Both the position numbers and the translations under genes were made by a program. A stretch of 64,000 nt of DNA. Origin: an uncultured cyanobacterium (GTDB lineage: Bacteria; Cyanobacteriota; Cyanobacteriia; Cyanobacteriales; Microcystaceae). The notes below the pieces were generated by a model. The model had not been told where the DNA came from. It was given only the letters and a program-made list of their open reading frames with translations, and ran no database searches. Location: the NCBI GenBank assembly GCA_963807635.1, contig CAWEDJ010000007.1, positions 1 to 64,000 on the forward strand, written 5' to 3'. Shown piece after piece: positions 30,640 through 41,065 of the stretch; positions within the stretch are counted from its first letter, which is position 1, and every line of letters starts with the position of its first letter.

Positions 30640-31997
30640 TGAGGAATTTTACTATGAAAGTTTTCGCTAAAATCCCACCTATACTCTGGTTCAGCATAGC
30701 GACATTTTTAGGATTGACCAGTTTTAATATTATTCGTTCTTACGGAAATCCGAACCAGACTTATTTTAGTGGTGGTAATAATCAACTAATTTTAGATGTT
30801 TCTAATGCAGATAAAAAACAGGGAATTGAATCCTTTAAACAAGGTGATTATGATGGAGCAATTAAGCATTTTAAAGCTAGTTTAAGTCAAGAAAAAAATG
30901 ATCCTGAAACATTAATTTATCTCAATAATGCTAAAATCAACCAAGATTTTTTTAAAATTGCGGTGGTGGTTCCTATTAGTAGCAATCCAAATATTTCTCA
31001 GGAAATTTTGCGCGGTGTGGCCCAAGCTCAAGATGAAATTAATCAGCAAGGAGGCATTCAAGGTAAACCCTTAAAAGTTTTAATTGCAGATGACGGCAAT
31101 TTACCTGAAAATGCTCAAGAAATTGCCACTCAATTAGTCGCAGATGAGTCAATCATTGCGGTAGTTGGTCACAATGCCTCGAATGCGTCTCTTGCGGCGG
31201 CTCCTATCTATCAAAAAGGTGGAGTAGTGATGATTACACCGACTAGTTTTGCCAATAATTTATCAGGCTTGGGGGATTATATTTTTCGAGTTGTACCTTC
31301 CACTAAGGCGATGGTTCAACCCTTAGTCAATTATTTTACGCGCCTACCCCAAAATCCTAATTTAGCGATTTGTTATGACTCTCAAGCTCCTGACAATGTT
31401 TCTTTTAAGGATGAATTTTTAGCAACTTTTTTAGCAAAAGGGGGTAAGTTAGTTCCTCTCGTCTGTGATCTCTCTAGTCCTAATTTTGAACCTCAAAAGA
31501 TGATCAATCAGGCAATAAGTCAGGGAGCAAAAGGCTTATTGATGACTCCCCACATTGACCGCTTAGACCAGGCGATCGCCCTTGCCCAAGCAAACCAAAA
31601 TCAATTAACCTTATTAAGTAGTCCAACACTTTATACGATTAAAACCTTAGAACAGGGTCAAAATCAGGTCAAGGATTTAGTTGTTTCGATTCCCTGGCAC
31701 CCTCAAAGTAATCAAAATAATGCCTTTATTACCGATAGTTATCGTTATTGGGGAGCGCGGGTGAATTGGCGGACAGCCATGGCCTACGATGCAACTTGGG
31801 CGATCGCCAAGGGATTACGGCAAAATTCAACGAGGGAAGGCTTAAAAAATACATTGCACAATCCTAGTTTTTTCGTGTCGGGAGCCACAGGAACTTTTAA
31901 ATTTTTACCAAGTGGCGATCGTCTCGGTTCAGCCTATCTTGCTCAAATCCAATCTACAGGTCAGGGTAATGATTTTGTTTTACTTAAATCTCCTTAA
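30639..31997 (+). CDS. Membrane-anchored LivJ-like (Peripla_BP_6) binding protein with TPR-like segment
   Basis: NDPETLIYLNNA, LRGVAQAQ, VGHNAS, TAMAYDA. Confidence 0.85.
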   Translation: MRNFTMKVFAKIPPILWFSIATFLGLTSFNIIRSYGNPNQTYFSGGNNQLILDVSNADKKQGIESFKQGDYDGAIKHFKASLSQEKNDPETLIYLNNAKINQDFFKIAVVVPISSNPNISQEILRGVAQAQDEINQQGGIQGKPLKVLIADDGNLPENAQEIATQLVADESIIAVVGHNASNASLAAAPIYQKGGVVMITPTSFANNLSGLGDYIFRVVPSTKAMVQPLVNYFTRLPQNPNLAICYDSQAPDNVSFKDEFLATFLAKGGKLVPLVCDLSSPNFEPQKMINQAISQGAKGLLMTPHIDRLDQAIALAQANQNQLTLLSSPTLYTIKTLEQGQNQVKDLVVSIPWHPQSNQNNAFITDSYRYWGARVNWRTAMAYDATWAIAKGLRQNSTREGLKNTLHNPSFFVSGATGTFKFLPSGDRLGSAYLAQIQSTGQGNDFVLLKSP

Positions 31998-32078
31998 TTT
32001 TTCGCTCAAAATTTTTTAAAAAGGGGGATGATACAAATATTAATTTCTCCAAAAACTTCCGATATCAAGGAACTTACT

Positions 32079-32747
32079 ATGCTAAAAGATGAGAATTTAA
32101 ATACTCACCTGTTGCGATTAATCCAAGAAACCTGTGGACAATCGCCGAATACCTTAGAGCGTCAACGGGGCTTAAATCAGTTAGTTTTGCTAATTCAAAA
32201 ATCAGGAAAACTCTATCAAGATCATCACTTATTATCAATAGATTATGAAGATGCACTACAAAAAACCTGGCTCTATTTTTGTCGCAATCTCTGTGAAGCT
32301 GTAACGGCTAAAAATGGCCCCTATGATGCCGAAAAAGGAAATATTTTTACTTGGTTAAATGCTTATCTCAAAAAACGCATCTTAGATGCTCATCTTGCTA
32401 GTCAGCAAGCCAAAGAAATGATTGTCTCACCTCGCCTCGATGACCAAGGCAATATCATTGATCCTGTGGAAAATATTCCTAATCCTAAACTCTCGGAAAA
32501 TAGGGCTGATAAAATGTTGACAAAAATTCAGCAATGGCTACAGTCCCAAGAAAAACGATTGCGTCGGATTCATCTCCGCGATCGCCCCGAAATTAATGCC
32601 TATGTGTTAATTTTGCGTCGTTTACCGCCAGAGGAAACCACCTGGGAAACCTTAGCCCAGGAATGGAATATTTCTCGGTCAACCCTAGCGAACTTTTATC
32701 AACGTCGCTGTTTACTGTTATTACAAGAATTACGAGATCAATTCTAA
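32079..32747 (+). CDS. ECF/HetZ-like sigma-70 family factor
   Basis: Region-2-like YEDALQKTW...FTWLNAYLKKRILD; C-terminal HTH WETLAQEWNISRSTLANFYQRRC. Confidence 0.7.
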   Translation: MLKDENLNTHLLRLIQETCGQSPNTLERQRGLNQLVLLIQKSGKLYQDHHLLSIDYEDALQKTWLYFCRNLCEAVTAKNGPYDAEKGNIFTWLNAYLKKRILDAHLASQQAKEMIVSPRLDDQGNIIDPVENIPNPKLSENRADKMLTKIQQWLQSQEKRLRRIHLRDRPEINAYVLILRRLPPEETTWETLAQEWNISRSTLANFYQRRCLLLLQELRDQF

Positions 32748-32786
32748 TCAAACTGTTTACCAATAATTCTAGCTTTTAAATTTCCC

Positions 32787-33863
32787 ATGATTACCAACAA
32801 TCTTACTAATGCGACTATTACCATTCCCCTGTCAGAAGGCGATCGCGCTTTAGCTCAAAGTTTTGCTCAACAACAATTAACCGAAACTAAAACCAATCAA
32901 GTTTATCTTAATACTTTAGCGGTTCTAGCGATGAATCATTATCTGGAATTATTAGAAATTCCTACTAATTTAAAACAGAGTCAATGCTGGTCTGTGATTA
33001 ACCAATTTTGTGCCGATCTTGCCGATCTAAACTTACCAAAACTGGGCTTTTTAGAATGCCGCCCCATTTCCATCCATCAAGACTTTTGCCAGATTCCCCT
33101 CGAAGTAATGAGCGATCGCATTGCTTATTTCATTGTCCAAATTAGTGAGGATAGAAAGGCAGGAAAATTATTGGGATTTGTCGTCGATCCCCAAAGTCCT
33201 CGCATTACAGTAGAGCAGTTAGATTCTCTCGATAATTTTTTAATTTTTCTGGCAAATTATCAACCGAAAATTAAACTCTACCAGTGGCTAGAAAATCAAA
33301 TTGATGAACAGTGGCAAGCTCTAGAAACCTTACTTTTAAATAAAAAATTAGCGTTTCGCCATTCATCAGTAACCTCTCAAAGTTTGCCCGATTTAGTGAA
33401 TACGCTATACTTACAAGATGAATTATCTCCCCCCTCGCAATTAACAGCAACCCAATCCCTTGAGCAATTACTAAACTTAACAAACAATGAAGAATTACGC
33501 TGGCAAGTAGCCGAAATTCTCTGGAATATAGACCCCCATAACCCGATTTTAAATCTAAGACGGATTCTTGATCTGGGGGCTTATTTTGGGGGAACCAGTA
33601 TTGGTTTGATGGTCGGACTTTTGCCAAAATCAGATGATCAAATTTCCTTGCTCTTTCGTCTCTATTGTCTCAGCGATCGCGGCTATTTACCTCCAGGGAT
33701 TATCCTAACAGGTCTTGATGAACAATTAAATCCTTTTTTTGAAATTAAAGCGAGGGAAAACGATGATTACATCCAGTTTAAATGTGTGGCGGGTTTTGAT
33801 GAAGAATTTAGCATTAAAATTTCCTTAGGAGATACCCGTATTATCAAGCATTTTATGACTTAA
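32787..33863 (+). CDS. DUF1822 family protein
   Basis: QVYLNTLAVLA, LECRP, LLGFV, LYQWL, LAFR; C-terminal beta-rich domain YLPPG...DDYIQ. Confidence 0.85.
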   Translation: MITNNLTNATITIPLSEGDRALAQSFAQQQLTETKTNQVYLNTLAVLAMNHYLELLEIPTNLKQSQCWSVINQFCADLADLNLPKLGFLECRPISIHQDFCQIPLEVMSDRIAYFIVQISEDRKAGKLLGFVVDPQSPRITVEQLDSLDNFLIFLANYQPKIKLYQWLENQIDEQWQALETLLLNKKLAFRHSSVTSQSLPDLVNTLYLQDELSPPSQLTATQSLEQLLNLTNNEELRWQVAEILWNIDPHNPILNLRRILDLGAYFGGTSIGLMVGLLPKSDDQISLLFRLYCLSDRGYLPPGIILTGLDEQLNPFFEIKARENDDYIQFKCVAGFDEEFSIKISLGDTRIIKHFMT

Positions 33864-33888
33864 TAAGCAAGCTAAATTTGAATAACTT

Positions 33889-36390
33889 ATGACTAAAGAT
33901 ATTATTTTTATTGTGGCTGAAGATGGGAGTTTTGAGAGGGGCTTTTCTTTAACTTTACAAATTCGTGAACAGAGTCGTCCAATTATCAACGAAATGACTG
34001 TTCAATTATCTCCCAATCCTGATTTATTTAATCTTCAAAATCAGCTACGTCAGAACTATCAAAATTGGGGAATCGGCCATCGTTGGTGGCGCGGTCAACG
34101 CATTATGGCAGTGGAAGGTCAAATTACCCATGTGGCATCCTACCAAGATTGTTTAAATGTTGCTGATGATCTCCGTAAACAATTTAATCAATGGTTAAAT
34201 CAACCCTCTTTACGTCAACTAGAAAGGTTGATTTTAAGTCATGTCAATGGTCAGGAATCTGTCCGTTTTATCCTGAAAACTTCCCATCTAGGTTTGCAAC
34301 GTTTACCTTGGCATCTTTGGGATTTTATTGAAGAAAGTTATCCCGACGCAGAAGTCATTATTGGAACAAATGTTGCTCCGTCTTCTAATCCTCTTCCCTA
34401 TCCCGTTAAAATCTTGGTGATTTTGGGGAATGATGAACAAATTGATATTGAAATAGACAAAGATATTATCACTCAATTGCCCCATACCCAAGTCGAAACT
34501 TTGCGTCAACCTGAACGTCATCAATTAACCGCAACATTATTAGGAAAATCTTGGGATATTCTCTTTTTTGCGGGTCATTCTTCTACTGATGATCTTAACG
34601 AACTTGGTTTTATCTATCTCAATAATCACGATAAACTAACTCCCCAGGAATTAGATCCAATTCTGCGTAAAGCGGTTAGAAATGGCTTACAGTTAGCAAT
34701 TTTTAATAGTTGTGATGGTTTAGGATTGGCGAAGGGGCTAACCCGTTTAAAAACCCCCGTTCCCCATATTATTGTGATGCGAGAACCCATCCATGATCAG
34801 GTGGCTCAACTGTTTTTAAGACATTTTTTAAACCTTTTTAGTCAAGGGTCTATTCTCGAAGACGCTCTGGCCAATACTCGTCATTATTTAACCAGCATGG
34901 AACGCAATTCTCCCTGTGTTTCCTGGTTGCCCATTTTATTGCAAAATCCTGAAACACGGCCTTTAAAATTTCCCCCAATTCTTCCCCCACTTGTTGACCC
35001 GACGATTTGGGACAAAATTAAACAGCAGCGATCGCCTATTTTAATGCTTTTATTGGCAATCATCGGTTTAGGAAGTGGTTTGTTATGGAAATCCCTGAAT
35101 CCCCCTAACGCTTTAGAACATCGTTTAAGCATCGGAGAAGAGGTGTTATTTACTCGTCAAAATAATACAGCTAAAATTCAGGGAACAAAAGCTTTTAAAA
35201 AGCAAGATTATCAAAGTGCGATCGCCTATTTTAGCCAATCATTACAACAGAACAAAAATGATCCTGAAACGGTTATCTATTTGAATAACGCTCGTGCTTT
35301 GATGCAGGGAAATTATGATCGCATTGCAGTTAGTGTCCCTATCGGTATTAGTCCAGAAATTGCTGAAGAAATACTGAGAGGGGTCGCAACCTTTCAAGAT
35401 AAATTAAACACTCAACAAATGGGAAAAAATAGGCGATCATTCGTGATTGAAATTGCTAATGATGATAATAATTCAGAAATAGCAAAAGAAATTGCCCAGT
35501 ATTTTGTTAAAGAGACTGCCATCCAAGCAGTGATTGGTCATAATGCCTCCGATGCTAGTGTGGCGGCGGCTCCGATTTATCAAAAAGGGGGTCTCGTGAT
35601 GTTAAGTCCTACCTCTTTTTCTGATCGCCTAATTACTTTGGGAGATCATATTTTTCGGATGGTTCCCCTCAGTTCCTTAACCGATAAATTGGCAAATTAT
35701 ATTGTTAAAACGACTCCAAAAGCGAGGGTTGCAAGCTGTTTTGATGGACAAGCGATTGATAATGCTTCCTTTGCGACGAGAGTTGCTTCTAAATTAATTG
35801 ATGAAAAGGTTTCTTATATTAATATTCCCTGTAACTTTTCCGATCGCAAATTTAAAGCGGATCAAAAAATTAATGAAATCATTAATCAGGGGATAGATAC
35901 TCTCATTTTAGCTCCCCACGTTGATCGCATTGAAAAAGCATTAGAAATGGCCAAAGCGAATCAAGGTCGCTTAACACTTTTTGGAAGCAGTACCCTACTC
36001 ACGGGTTTAACTTTAACGGAAGGACAAGCCGTTAATGGCTTAGTCTTAGTAGTACCTTGGTATAAAGATCAGTCTGATGCTTTTAGTCAAGAACTGGCGA
36101 AAAAATGGGGTATTACCCGCAATTGGCGTACTGCTTTATCCTATGATGCAACCGTCGCGATCGCCACCGCTTTATCCATCAATCCGACCCGTAACGGAAT
36201 TGCTCAGGTTTTGCGCCGTCAGGATTTTAAAGGTAAGGGCGTGACTGGAGATATTCAGTTTTTACCAAGCGGTGATCGTATTCCCACCCCAACAACAGGC
36301 GATTTTGTACAGGTACAACCGCAGGAAGGTCAATATCAATTTGTACTGATGGCTCCTCTTAGCAGGCGTAATCTTAACGAATCAAATTAA
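33889..36390 (+). CDS. CHAT (caspase-like) protease - TM - TPR-like - periplasmic binding domain receptor
   Basis: RLPWHLW, LFFAGHS (His), FNSCDG (Cys); TM ILMLLLAIIGLGSGLLW; IGHNAS binding domain. Confidence 0.9.
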   Translation: MTKDIIFIVAEDGSFERGFSLTLQIREQSRPIINEMTVQLSPNPDLFNLQNQLRQNYQNWGIGHRWWRGQRIMAVEGQITHVASYQDCLNVADDLRKQFNQWLNQPSLRQLERLILSHVNGQESVRFILKTSHLGLQRLPWHLWDFIEESYPDAEVIIGTNVAPSSNPLPYPVKILVILGNDEQIDIEIDKDIITQLPHTQVETLRQPERHQLTATLLGKSWDILFFAGHSSTDDLNELGFIYLNNHDKLTPQELDPILRKAVRNGLQLAIFNSCDGLGLAKGLTRLKTPVPHIIVMREPIHDQVAQLFLRHFLNLFSQGSILEDALANTRHYLTSMERNSPCVSWLPILLQNPETRPLKFPPILPPLVDPTIWDKIKQQRSPILMLLLAIIGLGSGLLWKSLNPPNALEHRLSIGEEVLFTRQNNTAKIQGTKAFKKQDYQSAIAYFSQSLQQNKNDPETVIYLNNARALMQGNYDRIAVSVPIGISPEIAEEILRGVATFQDKLNTQQMGKNRRSFVIEIANDDNNSEIAKEIAQYFVKETAIQAVIGHNASDASVAAAPIYQKGGLVMLSPTSFSDRLITLGDHIFRMVPLSSLTDKLANYIVKTTPKARVASCFDGQAIDNASFATRVASKLIDEKVSYINIPCNFSDRKFKADQKINEIINQGIDTLILAPHVDRIEKALEMAKANQGRLTLFGSSTLLTGLTLTEGQAVNGLVLVVPWYKDQSDAFSQELAKKWGITRNWRTALSYDATVAIATALSINPTRNGIAQVLRRQDFKGKGVTGDIQFLPSGDRIPTPTTGDFVQVQPQEGQYQFVLMAPLSRRNLNESN

Positions 36391-36510
36391 AACAATTTAT
36401 GTCAATGATTTTTATTAATAACTAACACAACGGAATCTATTTTAATCGCCAATTTAATCATTCATTTAAAAATAAAAACGAGATCGCATCATAACGCCAA
36501 AAATTTCAGT

Positions 36511-37002
36511 TTACTCCGCTAAATTCGATTCAATATCTGATTCAATTAAATAACTCGACCATTGCGTTTCCCCCGCTTGCCCATCTTTCACCTCTCGTTG
36601 CAACAATCGCCAGGTTTTGCCCTCACTCTGACGCTGTAAATAAATCTCAAACCCGTTCTTTTTCTGAGTCACCGTTTGGCGGGGCAGAGTCAACGTCACA
36701 TTATAGGTTCCCTGAAGATGATAGGCAGGTAACTCACTAATCACAATCGGCTCTAGGGTTTTCACCTGAATTTGCTTAATTTCTAGCTTGGGTAACGTCG
36801 CCTTTAACTGTTCACTCAGTCGAGCCTGGGTACGCCCTAATTGGAGCGCGATCGCACTTTCGACAATTTTTCCATCGGGGGCAAACTCCAAAGGAGCCTC
36901 CGTCGCCTGACAAGCCGCCAAAAAGACCACCAACACCAGCAGTAAACAAACACGCCAAAAACGAGAAATCATAATCCAAACCGAAATTAATGCAAACCCC
37001 AT
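36511..37002 (-). CDS. Conserved cyanobacterial lipoprotein
   Basis: LAAC lipobox; YLQRQSEGKTWRL. Confidence 0.7.
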   Translation of the reverse strand: MGFALISVWIMISRFWRVCLLLVLVVFLAACQATEAPLEFAPDGKIVESAIALQLGRTQARLSEQLKATLPKLEIKQIQVKTLEPIVISELPAYHLQGTYNVTLTLPRQTVTQKKNGFEIYLQRQSEGKTWRLLQREVKDGQAGETQWSSYLIESDIESNLAE

Positions 37003-37146
37003 TTCTATTTAACAAGCAAATCGTCAACTACAATGGGTGATACTAAAAACTTCTCTCAGATCTTGAACATCGGCAGGGGAGTCGCCATTACCCAGCAAAA
37101 CACCGCTAACCGTAATGGTCATTGATTTTTTGTGGAATTGAAATTC

Positions 37147-40100
37147 ATGGCAACATTACACGGTAGTTGGATTATTCAAGGCGAATCCGTCGGTTATTTA
37201 TGGATTTGGGCAGAAGCTTGGCGTGATATGAGTGAAACTATCGAACCCGAAGCCGAGTCAGAAATTCGTCCCCATCCCTTCAATTTGGACAAAGAGAGCT
37301 TGAAAGCTTGCTTACAGGAATTGACAGGAAAAATCCCACCCGATTTCGATTCCCTTTGGCAAACAGAAATTATCAGCTTACCGAGCCAAACCGTCAAAAA
37401 AGTGACCTATCCCCTACTGTCGGGGCAAGATAGCCGCGAATTGAAACCTACGAGTCTGAGTCTCCATCCTTGGCAAGTTCAGGGAATTCGCCTCGATGCT
37501 TTGGCGACAGGTGAATTTTTTAAAAACGTTTCTTTGGGTTTAGACAAAAAAAGTCTTTTCGGTAATGATTTACAATTTTTCAGCCATCTCTATCGTTGGA
37601 GTTTGGATTTAATTGTTCGCCGTAAGTTTTTACCTGTTATTCAAGTCACCCCATCGAGGAATCAAGCCTGTTGGTATCCCCTTATTGATAGCACCTTAGA
37701 TCAAACTCGTCTAGCCAAATTTAGTCAATTAATGCCGCCCGTTTGTTGGAGTTATGGAGAGCTTTCTGAACAAACTAATAATCCAGATTTTCTATTATTA
37801 GCCCAGAAAATTATTTTGTCTTTTCTGCAAGCAATGGTGAATGCCCAAATTATCACAAAAAGTCCTGCTTTAAATCTAAGCAAAGAAACGCCCCTACAAA
37901 CTTGGCTAGAAAGTTTAACCAATCCTAAAACCTTAATCACTGGAGAAAATAATCAAATTCAAAAAATAGTTGCGGCTCTCAATAATTGGCAATTACCCAT
38001 TCAAGATTATCTGGTGAGTCCCGACAATCAACAATTAGGGAAACATCAATTTCGAGTTTGTTTTGTCCTAGAACCACCCAATCAGGAAGAGATTTTTTCA
38101 GGAAATACTCATTGGCGATTAAATTATGTTTTACAAGCGTTAGATAATGCCAGCTTTTGGGTAAATGCCGATACCATTTGGCAACAACAGAGTGAACAAT
38201 TAGTCTGGGAAAATCGGGTTATTGAACAACCCCAGGAAACCCTATTAAAAGGATTAGGATTAGCGTCTCGACTGTATGCTCCCATTGCATCTAGTTTAGA
38301 AGAATCTCAGCCTAGTTATTGCGCCCTGGATTCGATTCAAGTCTATGAATTTATCAAAGCCTCTGCTTGGCAATTAGAGGATAATGGACTAGGAGTGATC
38401 GTACCGCCCAGTTTGACGAGTGGCGGAGAAACAAAACGCTTAGGCTTACAAATTCAAGGAAAAGTTACTCCTAAAAAAGGGGAAAGATTGAGCCTCAATT
38501 CCCTTGTTCAATACAATTTACAATTAATCATCGGCGATCGCGTTATTTCAGAAAAAGACTTTAAACAATTACTCGAATCAAAAATCTCCGTTGGTTGAAA
38601 TTAATGGAGAATGGATTACCCTCCAACCTGCCGATGTTCATGCGGCCCAACGTATTTTAAATAAATCCAATGAACCCCTGAGTTTATCCGTTGAAGATGC
38701 CCTGAGAATTAGTATTGGGGAAAATCAAACCTTAGCAAAATTGCCCGTTGTTAACTTTGAAGCATCGGGAGTATTGCAAGAATTTATTCATAATATTACG
38801 GATAATCAGGCAATTCAACCATCGAAAATCCATCAGGTTTTAAAGGAACATTACGACCCTATCAAGCGCGGGGTGTGGGTTGGTTAGCCTTTCTAGAAAA
38901 ATGGGGATTGGGTTCCTGTTTAGCGGATGATATGGGGTTAGGAAAAACGCCACAATTGTTGGCTTTTATGCTCCATTTAAAATCAGAATCGATGTTAACC
39001 AAACCCGTATTAATTGCTTGCCCAACATCGGTTATTAATAATTGGGAACATGAAATCAAAAAATTTGCACCCGAGTTTATCGATTCATATTCATCATGGA
39101 GATAAACGAAGTAAGGGAACAGATTTTGCTAAAACGATTCACCATAAAAATTTGATTTTAACCAGTTATGCTCTCCTGTATCGAGATAGTAAAACGCTCG
39201 AAAAAATTGATTGGCAGGGTATTGTTTTAGATGAGGCTCAAAATATTAAAAATCCCCAATCAAAGCAAGCCCAAGCGGTTCGTCAACTTAAAGCAGGTTT
39301 TCGGATCGCGCTAACAGGAACACCTGTGGAAAATCGATTATCGGAACTCTGGGCAATTTTAGATTTTCTCAATCCCAATTTTCTGGGAACTCAAGCTTTT
39401 TTCCAAAAACGTTTTGCCACTCCGAATCGAAAAATTCGGCGATCGCCAATCATTACAAGTGTTGCGATCGTTGGTGCGACCTTTTATTCTGCGCCGTTTA
39501 AAAACGGATACGAGTATTATTCAAGATTTACCCGAAAAACAAGAAATGACCGTCTTCTGTGGACTTTCCTTAGAACAGGCAAATCTGTATGAAGCGTTAG
39601 TGGAACAATCCCTAGCAAAAATTGAAGATGCAACGGGAATTCAACGTCAGGGTTTAGTTTTAGGATTATTGGTAAAACTAAAACAAATTTGTAATCATCC
39701 CTCCCAATATTTAAAAGAAAAGTTGTTAGAAAATGCGGCTCTTTCAGGAAAGTTATTGCGATTACAGGAAATGTTAGAAGAGGTTGTTGATCAAGGTGAT
39801 CGCGCCTTAATTTTTACCCAATTTGCCGAGTGGGGACATTTATTAAAACCCTATCTAAATAAACACTTTAATCAAGAAGTTTTATTTTTACACGGAGGAA
39901 CTTCCCGACAAGCCCGACAGGTAATGATTGATCGTTTTCAAAATGATCCTGATGCACCCAAGATTTTCATTCTTTCTCTCAAAGCAGGGGGAACGGGGTT
40001 AAATTTAACCAGAGCAAATCATGTTTTTCATATTGACCGTTGGTGGAATCCTGCGGTGGAAAATCAAGCAACGGATCGGGCTTTTCGGATTGGTCAAAAA

Positions 40101-40289
40101 CGCAATGTCCAAGTCCACAAATTTGTCTGTACTGGTACGTTAGAGGAAAAAATTAATGACATGATTGAGAGTAAAAAACAACTCGCAGAGCAAACCGTTG
40201 ATGCAGGAGAAAACTGGTTAACGGAACTCGATACAGATCAATTGCGGAATTTATTGTTATTAGATAGAAACGCGATTATTGATGAATAG
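37147..40289 (+). CDS. SNF2/SWI2 family helicase, four apparent frameshifts
   Basis: [23 protein letters not shown] and [11 protein letters not shown] distributed over five ORFs. Confidence 0.9.
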
Positions 40290-40553
40290 CGATCGCCAAA
40301 CTATTACAGCACTTTGTGGTTAAATTTCTTACAGGATAAGGAAATAATATATTATGTCCCTACAAATATTTTGTCTGTCGTCACAACGGAAACTTCTGTA
40401 TAGTTATGCCAATAAAGGCTTTAAATAAACACAATAAAATTTGGTTTTCTTAAAATAAGGGATTGCTTTAAGGAACTAAGTTAAGAATTATTTCTTTCTA
40501 TGCTTAGAACTTCGACAATCCCTCTGATTAAATTGACATTTTAGGTCATAAAT

Positions 40554-40889
40554 CTAGGTATTTGGCTCTGCTTCAACGCCCGTTGCCCCTTCAACATTTC
40601 CTGCAACGGTTTTAGCTTGTTCTAAAATGCTTTCTGCATCTTCGTTATAGCGTAGAACAACGGTACTCTCAGTTTCAGCAACCCAAAGACCAACATGATC
40701 AGAAATATCTGCATCATCTAACGCTTTGGCAACTCGTTTAGCAAGACCACTTTCATCAAAATTTCCATCTAAACCGACTTTGTGAGCGGGGATAGATTGA
40801 GCTTGAGCAACTTCTTGAACGGCAACTGGTCCTGCTTCTGCTGCTTTTGTTTCTTCTTCTTTTCCGAACAGTTTACTGAGAAAACTCAT
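40554..40889 (-). CDS. BON-like phospholipid-binding protein
   Basis: VGLDGNFDESGLAKRVAKAL cyanobacterial family motif. Confidence 0.65.
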   Translation of the reverse strand: MSFLSKLFGKEEETKAAEAGPVAVQEVAQAQSIPAHKVGLDGNFDESGLAKRVAKALDDADISDHVGLWVAETESTVVLRYNEDAESILEQAKTVAGNVEGATGVEAEPNT

Positions 40890-41065
40890 GATTTTATCTC
40901 TTGTATTAAAAAAACTGGTTAATTAAATATAAATATTCTTAACATTTTGAAATTGTTGTTAAGAACAATTCATTTAGTTGGAATATTTTATCTAAATTCT
41001 AACTGATATTTTAGCAAAAAAAGCTACATTTTTATCATTGATTAAGTTTAATGACTATTCCTAGA

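Noticed and set aside
37147..40289. Programmed frameshifting or real pseudogenisation of the SNF2 gene and other split genes
   Set aside because: Breaks lie in homopolymers or methylation motifs and also hit core genes such as ruvB and gcvP; artefact is the simpler explanation
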